Of a stretch of 64,000 bases of DNA, positions 55,494 to 64,000 are shown one piece after another. Numbering within the stretch: position 1 is the stretch's first letter; the number at the start of each line of letters is the position of its first letter. Both the position numbers and the translations under genes were made by a program. Origin of the DNA: Eledone cirrhosa (lineage: Eukaryota). The notes beneath the pieces are model-generated. The model was not told the origin of the DNA. It saw nothing but the letters and a program-made list of their open reading frames with translations, and did not search any database. Location of the stretch: the NCBI GenBank assembly GCA_964016885.1, contig OZ024741.1, positions 215,574,001 to 215,638,000 of the forward strand, read 5' to 3'.

Positions 55494-56612
55494 TACCAGC
55501 AGTAGCCAGCGTTGCCTGGGTAGGTAAAATCTGCTTTGATGAAAAGGTGTTGATCTTAGCGACTGCTTCTCGATGACTCATCTATGGCCACACACAGACC
55601 ATGCGGGAAGCGTGGTGATGACCTCTATCACTGGGAAACGCGAGTGACTGACGAAGGGGCATACTGGGAGAGGGAGGTAATGACTTCTAACACTAAGCCA
55701 AATTTCCTCACGCTACTTGATTGGGAACCGATGAATTCTCAAATACACAACTGAAAGCTCAGACGACGTCAGTGGCCATCGTTTTGCCTTTGATTATCTA
55801 TGTGTGAAGTGGAGCCGAAGTATCGAATTTGAACGAAATCGGTTGGAAAATGTGGGAGCTAATGATAGGTCGCCGCCCTGAACAAAATATTCAAAAAGTA
55901 AAGCTACTATAAGATGTGCAATGATAGGTTCTATCGTAGTATAAAAGTTGAAACAAATAAATTGATTTATGTGTGAGGTAGAGCCGAAGTTTCGAATTTG
56001 AACGAAATCGGTTGAAAAATGTGGGAGCTAGAGCCGAAAAGGCGGAAATTTGAGCGAAAAGGTGGTATTTTCGGATATTTAAGCGACTGCGACGCCGTTC
56101 CTGAACAAAAAATCCAAAATGTAAAGTCACTTTAAGACGTGAAATAATCAGATCTAGCGTAGTGTAAGATTTGAACAAAGTAGGTTGATTAATGTGGGAG
56201 CGAGAGCCGTAAAAGTGGAAATTTGAGTCTAAAAGTGGTATTTTTGAATATTTAAGCGGCTGCCACGCCGTCCCTGAAGAACAAATGCAAATTATAACGC
56301 CATTACAGGATGTGCAATCATAACTTCTATTTTGCTTTAAAATTTGAACGAAATCGGTGGCAAAATGACGGATCTAGAGCCATACATCTTATTTTTCGAT
56401 ACCTAAAAAAAGGTCACCCCCCCTATCGATTTTTATCTGCAGAATGACCCCGGAATAAAAAAAAACGATACACTGATATATAGTAAACACTCCCCGATGA
56501 CTAATCTATGAGTCTGTAAAGTTTCACGAAAATCAGTCGTAAGATGTAGGCTCCTATAGGTAATAAACAGACACATAGACACACACATACTTAATTTTAT
56601 ATATATACTGAT
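55492..56612 (+). mobile_element. Non-autonomous Helitron-like element with internal tandem repeats
   Basis: 5' actaccagcagtagccagcgttgcctgggt; repeated aatttgaacgaaatcggt..aaaatgtgggagcta; 3' aaagtttcacgaaaatcag..acagacacatagac..ttttatatatatactgat, as in invertebrate non-autonomous Helitrons. Confidence 0.6.
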
Positions 56613-56983
56613 ATGTGTGTGTGTGTTTGTGTGTGTATAGATATGTATGTCTGTATATATATATATGGTACGCAATAACTTATTTTATTCTATTTTTTCC
56701 TCGGTTACTCAATTGTATGTTACCTTGTCCTGTGTCCCCCTACATTCTGGTCTGTTTACCTGTTTTTTTCTCTTTCTTCTCTCTCCTCACTACCTTTCCA
56801 CTTTTTTCTTCTTCTTTTTTCTTTTCTTTCCCTCCTGGCCTTTTGATTGATAAAAAACGTTGGGCGCGCCGCTGATTGCTTTTAGATATCCTGTATTAAG
56901 CGCCGAAACATTTTGATCTCGGTTTTACAGCTGATGAAGGATTTCTTTTCTTCTCTTGTTTCGTCCTTACTACCATCTTAAAC

Positions 56984-57041
<58 letters not shown>

Positions 57042-57045
<4 letters not shown>

Positions 57046-57187
57046 GATAGACCCTTACTTAACAGAGTACTGGGGATACTTGGGGTATTAGAGACAGGGT
57101 TATATTATAAAGAGACAGGACCCGAAGGCTGAGCGCCTGCAGTTTCAACAACTAGCAAGAGGTCAGCCGTCGCGTTCAGACTCATTA
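57042..57187 (-). repeat. Divergent member of the hairpin family retaining an HHR-like fold (57130-57184)
   Basis: Colinear with 59480-59590. UGAGU-CUGAACGC-GACGGCUG..UAGUUGUU-GAAA-CUGCAG-GC-GCUCA. Confidence 0.55.
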
Positions 57188-57189
57188 TA

Positions 57190-57258
<69 letters not shown>

Positions 57259-57273
57259 TGTGTGTGTGTGTGT

Positions 57274-57327
<54 letters not shown>

Positions 57328-57660
57328 GTGTGCGTGTGTGTGTGCGAGAGAGAGAGAGAGACTTTTGTTTCGAATTCTTGTTGCCTTTACTAAGTTAAGG
57401 CTAAACGAGATTTCTCAAAGATCTGTATACCTTTGTGTCCGTAAATTTCTACATCTTTTACGGTAGGGAGTTATGGCTTCAAACGAAGAAAGAGGTACGT
57501 TGACAGACTTAAGACTGTACAACAGTACCTTAGGTGTTCGGTCTTCAGTTATCTGTAGGACATGACCAGGCCATGTGAGTTGGGTTTACCATAAAAAATG
57601 TCTCAATCTCACCAATGTTGCACTTTGTGGACATTTTGGCATTATATATATATATATATA

Positions 57661-57866
57661 TAGGAACAAGTATGACCCCGACGGCAGAGCTCAAGCCGTT
57701 TCGACGGCTATTTCTGGACTATTTAGTCCTGAAATAGCAGTCGAAACGGCTTGAGCTCTGCCGTCGGGGTCATACTTGTTACTATTACCCACTCTACTAC
57801 CCTAAGTATTGAGTACTTTGGTGCGTTATGGTCGTCCATCTGGTTCCTTACCACAATTCCTTCGTT
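57661..57866 (+). repeat. Hairpin element copy 2
   Basis: aacaagtatgaccccgacggcagagctcaagccgtttcgac / gtcgaaacggcttgagctctgccgtcggggtcatacttgtt. Confidence 0.85.
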
Positions 57867-57882
57867 ATATATATATATATAT

Positions 57883-58242
57883 ATTCGTTGTTTTTCATAT
57901 GAAATCGTGTGTCGAATCAAATATCGTTATACTTGGGCAGGGTCATATTATTCTAATACTATTGCCAGAAATAATAACAGAACACTCTCACTGTTTGGTC
58001 GGTTTTCGCTTCTGCATCTTTTATATCTCCATAGTTAATTCATTTGCCCATCAATGTTTATCATTGACTGACCAACGGTCAAAAATACAGATATAAATAT
58101 ATATATATAGTCTAACAAAGTTATTTCGTTGCACATCTGCAACATCATCAGTGTGATTCTATTATCATGTTTCCTCCTATTGAGTGTGTTATGTTATTAT
58201 TTCTGACAATAGTATTACAAGAATATGACCCTCCCCAAGTAT

Positions 58243-58250
<8 letters not shown>
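57883..58250 (-). mobile_element. PLE pLTR fragment with inversion; HHR-like motif at 58115-58154
   Basis: Matches 1-260. gaaatcgtgtg..ttatacttgg..gggtcat matches 48482-48528. Confidence 0.7.
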
Positions 58251-59446
<1,196 letters not shown>

Positions 59447-59459
59447 ATATATATATATC

Positions 59460-59660
59460 ACATAGGATCTGATAAAATATCAGGTGGACCATAACCCCGC
59501 CGAGTCCTTGATACTTGGCATAGTAGAGTGGGTAATATGAAAAAAATGCAGGTCCCCGACGCCTGAGCTCCGGCCGTTTCGACAGCTAGATCCGAACGTT
59601 CGGATTTGGCTGTCGAAACTTCCGGAACTCAGTGGTTGGGGTCCTGAGTATTTTCATTGT
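59460..59660 (-). repeat. Hairpin element copy 3 (diverged)
   Basis: Reverse complement contains gtcgaaacggccggagctc..cgggg..tattacccactctacta..gttatggtcca. Palindrome centred on tccgaacgttcgga. Confidence 0.75.
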
Positions 59661-59739
59661 TATATATATTATATATATATATACACACACACACATATAT
59701 ACACACATATATACACACACTCACATATATATATATATA

Positions 59740-60749
59740 AAGGCTTCAACCTCTCTATACAGGTTGAGGCCAATCTCTCGGTCGTTAATTACCTCGACGT
59801 TACCCTCAATTTATTGAATGGGTTGTATTACCCGTATAGAAAGTCGAATGATACGCTTAATTACATAAGTAAGCATTCCAACCATCCTGCCAGTATAACC
59901 AAGAACCTGGTAAGAAACGTTTCGTTGAGGCTTTCCCGTCTTTCCACCAACGAGCGCATTTTCAACGACCATTCCACTTATTACAATGAAGCTCTTGCTC
60001 GAAGTGGATTTGTCGATAAGGTAGCATATACAGAGTACGAAAATAGACCTAGAAGAAATAGATCCCGTCGCATTTGTTGGTTTAACCCACCATATAATAT
60101 GGAGGTGGCCACACCATTAGCTAAGATCTTTCTTTCCCTTATTACGAAGCATTTCCCCCCTACACATACATATAGTAAAATTCTTAATAGAAATACTATT
60201 AAAATTTCTTACTCTACGACTCCTAACCTTGCACATAACATCACAGCTTCAAATTTAGCTAAACTACCTAACCGTAGGAACACGTGCAACCCTGTAGGTA
60301 GTACTAACTGTAATTGTAGGAATCGGGCTGATTGCCCCCTATCCGGGAAATGCCTCTCTAGTAACATTGTCTACAAATGTAAGGTTGTAACACCCACGTC
60401 CCGTAGGGCCTACATAGGGTTAACCGCCAATAGTTTCAAGCAGCGTCTTTACATGCATACCCATTCTTTTCGTTACCCTCTAAGAAGGAATATGACGTCA
60501 CTTTCAGCTTATATCTGGAGTCTAAAAGACAACCACACCCAATATAAGTTACACTGGGAGATCCTAGCTAGGGCTAGATCGTATAACGGAAATAAAAGAC
60601 CATGTGACCTCTGCGCCGCTGAGGCCCTGGAAATACTCTACGCTACAGACCACATCTTAAACAAAAAATCTGAGGCAATTTCGGCTTGTAAACATAAATT
60701 GCACAAAACTTTCCTGTATTACAGCTCCACGTTATACCCTAACGGATAG
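59740..60749 (+). CDS. PLE RT thumb plus GIY-YIG endonuclease, open but 5'-truncated
   Basis: WFNPPY, CNCRNRADCPLSGKC, NIVYKC..YIGLT..FKQR..H, CDLC, CKH. Confidence 0.9.
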
Positions 60750-61745
60750 CACGATCTATACGTGGATATTTTACGTCTTGATGTGGGAGCTAAGTATATG
60801 TTTTGTTTATTCCTTTACTTATTTGCATAGGTAAGTATATATTACCCGTATGTTTTGTGAAGGTATGTATACCTTCTCGTACGTATATTTGACTGTTATA
60901 GCTTATAATTTTTACATATTCTGGTATTTAGGGTTTGGCTATGTGTATACGGGAGTCTTGCGTCCGCGTGAGTGTGCAGGTTCGTACGTATGGTGGGTGT
61001 GTGTATATGTGTACTTCTTGTTTTAGTTGACTTACGTCTCCGAACATTCGTGTATTTATATGTAGGTATGCGTGTGCGCTTGTTATATACGTATTTATTT
61101 ACATATATACGTTTATATAATTATTTATTTATTTGTACACAAACATACACACACACACATATTTATATGTGCGTGGTTTTGTATACCCTTGGTACGGTTT
61201 TGCGTATGCTTGTGTATGTACGTATCTGTTTGCGTGTATGTATTTATTTGTTCCTATTACTTCTGTATTGTATTTATTTACTTTGTTCTTAACTCTGTAG
61301 CGGAGATTCATTTGGTCTCCTAGTTAGAATTTTAGTCTACGATTTCTGCTATACCATTTACGTGGTTTTGTCTTTGCGTGCTATTGTTCTCCACGCTCCA
61401 CATATGACTTATTATCTTCGTTTTTTCGTTCATTGCCAGAGAACGTCTCTATGCACCACCTAAGAGAACATTAGTCTACGACCTCTTTTATACCATAAAC
61501 GTGGTTTTGTCTTTGCGCGTAATTGTTTTTCACCGCTCCTATTAATGACGTATTATTCGTTTTTTCCCGTTCTTTGCCAGCGAACGTCACCATGAACCAA
61601 AGTATCGTCTTCCTGTCTTCCTCCGGTTGCAACGTTTTTTTGAAATATCCAGTTCTGCGTTTACAGATTGACTTTGTTAGTTTCAGAAGATCCCGTTAAG
61701 GGTGAAAGCAGCGATTCTTTGCTTAAACTTTAATCTGTTATTTTA

Positions 61746-61750
<5 letters not shown>
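59740..61750 (+). mobile_element. PLE family A, second 5'-truncated copy; CAGAAGA HHR-like motif at 61663-61738
   Basis: Near-identical to 4835-6806. Confidence 0.92.
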
Positions 61751-61790
<40 letters not shown>

Positions 61791-61794
<4 letters not shown>

Positions 61795-62635
61795 AAGATC
61801 GGAATTAAGAGTATTCCGCAGTTCACTGTAACAATAATAATAGTATTAGCTCAAAGAAGAATAGAGAATTTTCTTCTAAGCTCAAATGCAAATATATATT
61901 ACACAAAGAGAAGTGTGTTACACAGTTAGATGTGTGTAAAGGATTATTACAAGTGAGTTTACCGTTACTGTATAGAGAACAATATCTACAGGTTTAGCAA
62001 TTAAATAGAAAAAAACTAAGTCAGAATCAAATCTCTGGATTAGAGTTTTAAATTACCAACCTTATAACTATATTCTGCTGATACGAATCTCGCTTCGTTT
62101 CACCACTTATATGTGAAGTATATCAGGTCACAGGATCCTCAGTCAGCAAATGCGAACACTGAACATCACACATCTAACCTCATGGATAGAGAGATAGCTA
62201 ATACAACGCTGCCCAGAGTAGGGCGAAATCACGTGTTATTTGCATCAAATAACGGCCCAGTGGATTGGGGAAGACGCTAGAAAGGGCAGCCCAACCATTC
62301 GAATTTATTAGCTCAACAATTTGGAGCTCATTAAGTATACAAAGATCGGAATGAAGAGTATTCCGCAGTTCACTGTAATAATAATAATATTATTAGCTCA
62401 AAGAAGAATAGAGAATTTCCTTCTGAGCTCAAATGCAAATATATATTACACAAAGAGAAGTGTGTTACACAGTGAGATGTGTGTAAAGAATTATTACAAG
62501 TGAGTTTACCGTTACTGTATAGAGAACAATATCTACAGGTTTAGCAATTAAATAGAAAAAAACTAAGTCAGAATCAAATCTAATCCAGAGATTTGATTCT
62601 GACTTAGTTTTTTTAATATACATATGGAAAGTATA
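61791..62635 (-). mobile_element. Retrozyme-like element: ~548-bp unit, ~1.5 tandem copies plus a short terminal inversion
   Basis: acaaagatcggaat recurs at 61792 and 62339; one HHR. Confidence 0.8.
62073..62151 (-). ncRNA. Type I HHR with stable helix III
   Basis: UUUGCUGA-CUGAGGA-UCCUGUGA..UCACA..GGU-GAAA-CGAA gcgaga UUCG-UA-UCAGCAGA. Confidence 0.85.
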
Positions 62636-62920
62636 TACTTTCAAACGTTCAATCATCTGACAGGAAGGTATACGGTGCTGACAATAGCTAATAAGCTTGA
62701 AAGTATTTCATCGTTCCTTTGTCAGTGTTGAACAAAATGGCAACGATGGTTGCCGAACACTGTACGGCTTAATTCGGGCTGTTTGTTTACAAACAAACCG
62801 AAAATTATAATAAATGTTTGGTAAACCCATACGTACATATATATATGTGTGTGCATGTATGTATATATATACATACTACTGTACGTCTGTATACATATAT
62901 GTATGTACGTATACATACTG
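62635..62920 (+). mobile_element. Family B copy with mutated HHR (62673-62713, CUGACAA)
   Basis: Colinear with 40540-40875. Confidence 0.75.
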
Positions 62921-62991
62921 ATATTTATATATATATTTATATATATATATATATAGAATTCACAAGAATCAAAGCTATGTTCAAAGCATTT

Positions 62992-63042
62992 ATTCACTTA
63001 CAATTGTTTCATCCAACCCTAGGCTTGGCGTCTTCGGAGAAT
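62992..63042 (-). ncRNA. Degenerate HHR-like motif (CCGAAGA core)
   Basis: AUUCU-CCGAAGA-cgCCAA..UUGGau-GAAA-CAAUUG-UA-AGugAAU. Confidence 0.5.
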
Positions 63043-63624
63043 TTTTCAATGTTTGTACACATGATTGACCTGCTTTCCAACGCAAGAGACATACAGATAC
63101 ATATGTATATATCGATGTACAGTGGAGTGACATATATTATATTATATTTCTGTATAGCAATACAAATTCAAAATCAAAATCACATTAAAACAAAATCACA
63201 GCAAAATAAAAATACAATCGGCAGTTAACATAGATAATGCAAGAGGATAGTTTGTTAGTCAGATGTAGTAGTTATTTTAATTATTTTATGCGTTAGTTAC
63301 ACGTGGGGCATGCACGTGTGTCTCATTTATATATGATTATTGTGCGGCAGGGTGTTACATGTAATAGAAGCACTTAAAGCGGGTAGGTAAGAGTATTATG
63401 GAGGTTGTAGTGGTAAGGTATTTTGTTGTATATGATACAGAATTATGCGTGCAGAAAAGTAGTATAAAGGAGAAGCAAAAGAAAGTTATGGTTTTTGTAT
63501 CCACAACCATTTTCACTTTCAAGAAACGTAATATATAGTTTATACATCCTTCACATAATTAACGATGATTTCGCATTGGATGTTTGATGCATTAAATTAA
63601 ATTATTTTAGCTTGCTGCGGCTCA

Positions 63625-63771
63625 TTATTCAAAATATTAACAAATGAAGATATTCACATAATCAAAATATATGCTTTATTATATATATTTCGAAGGTACT
63701 GTGTTGTTTTTTTCAGTACGTCCTCGTCAGCATACCTTTGCGGTCTTGATAGTTCAATTCCTCTATTGGCA

Positions 63772-63772
<1 letters not shown>
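63625..63772 (-). mobile_element. pLTR fragment of the 32006 family with HHR core (63675-63730)
   Basis: CUGACGA-GGACGUACUG..CAGUACCUUC-GAAA-UAUAUA-UA-AUAAA. Confidence 0.75.
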
Positions 63773-63802
<30 letters not shown>

Positions 63803-63839
63803 TGCTAATACTATCTGTCGGTCGCAAATCCAGGCGGAA

Positions 63840-63953
<114 letters not shown>

Positions 63954-64000
63954 GTATATGTATATATATGTATATATATATATATATACATATACACACA

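Overview
AT-rich, microsatellite-saturated eukaryotic DNA. The repeat content points to an animal, most likely an octopus-type cephalopod (inference from the SINE families and (TA)n density). No host gene can be called with confidence. The window is a nest of Penelope-like retroelements (PLEs; reverse transcriptase plus GIY-YIG endonuclease) inserted into (TA)n tracts: one near-complete 4.7 kb element (44437-49185, minus), two copies of a second family (3603-6895, 59740-61750) and five other 3' fragments. The signal the ORF track misses is ribozymes. By eye I find more than 30 type I hammerhead ribozyme (HHR) motifs from roughly 18-20 sequence families. They lie in PLE pseudo-LTRs and in non-coding 310-550 bp tandem/inverted 'retrozyme-like' units. 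Several families carry fixed non-canonical cores (CAGANGA; UUGAAAA; U.U closing helix II), inversion breakpoints often fall inside the HHR core, and one family appears to have turned from an HHR-like fold into a near-perfect hairpin. Also present are tRNA-derived SINEs, RTE and R4/Dong LINE remnants, a Helitron-like element, minisatellites, a 3.6 kb GGT-rich tract and a few weak exon candidates. All folds and coordinates were read manually and need computational and biochemical confirmation.
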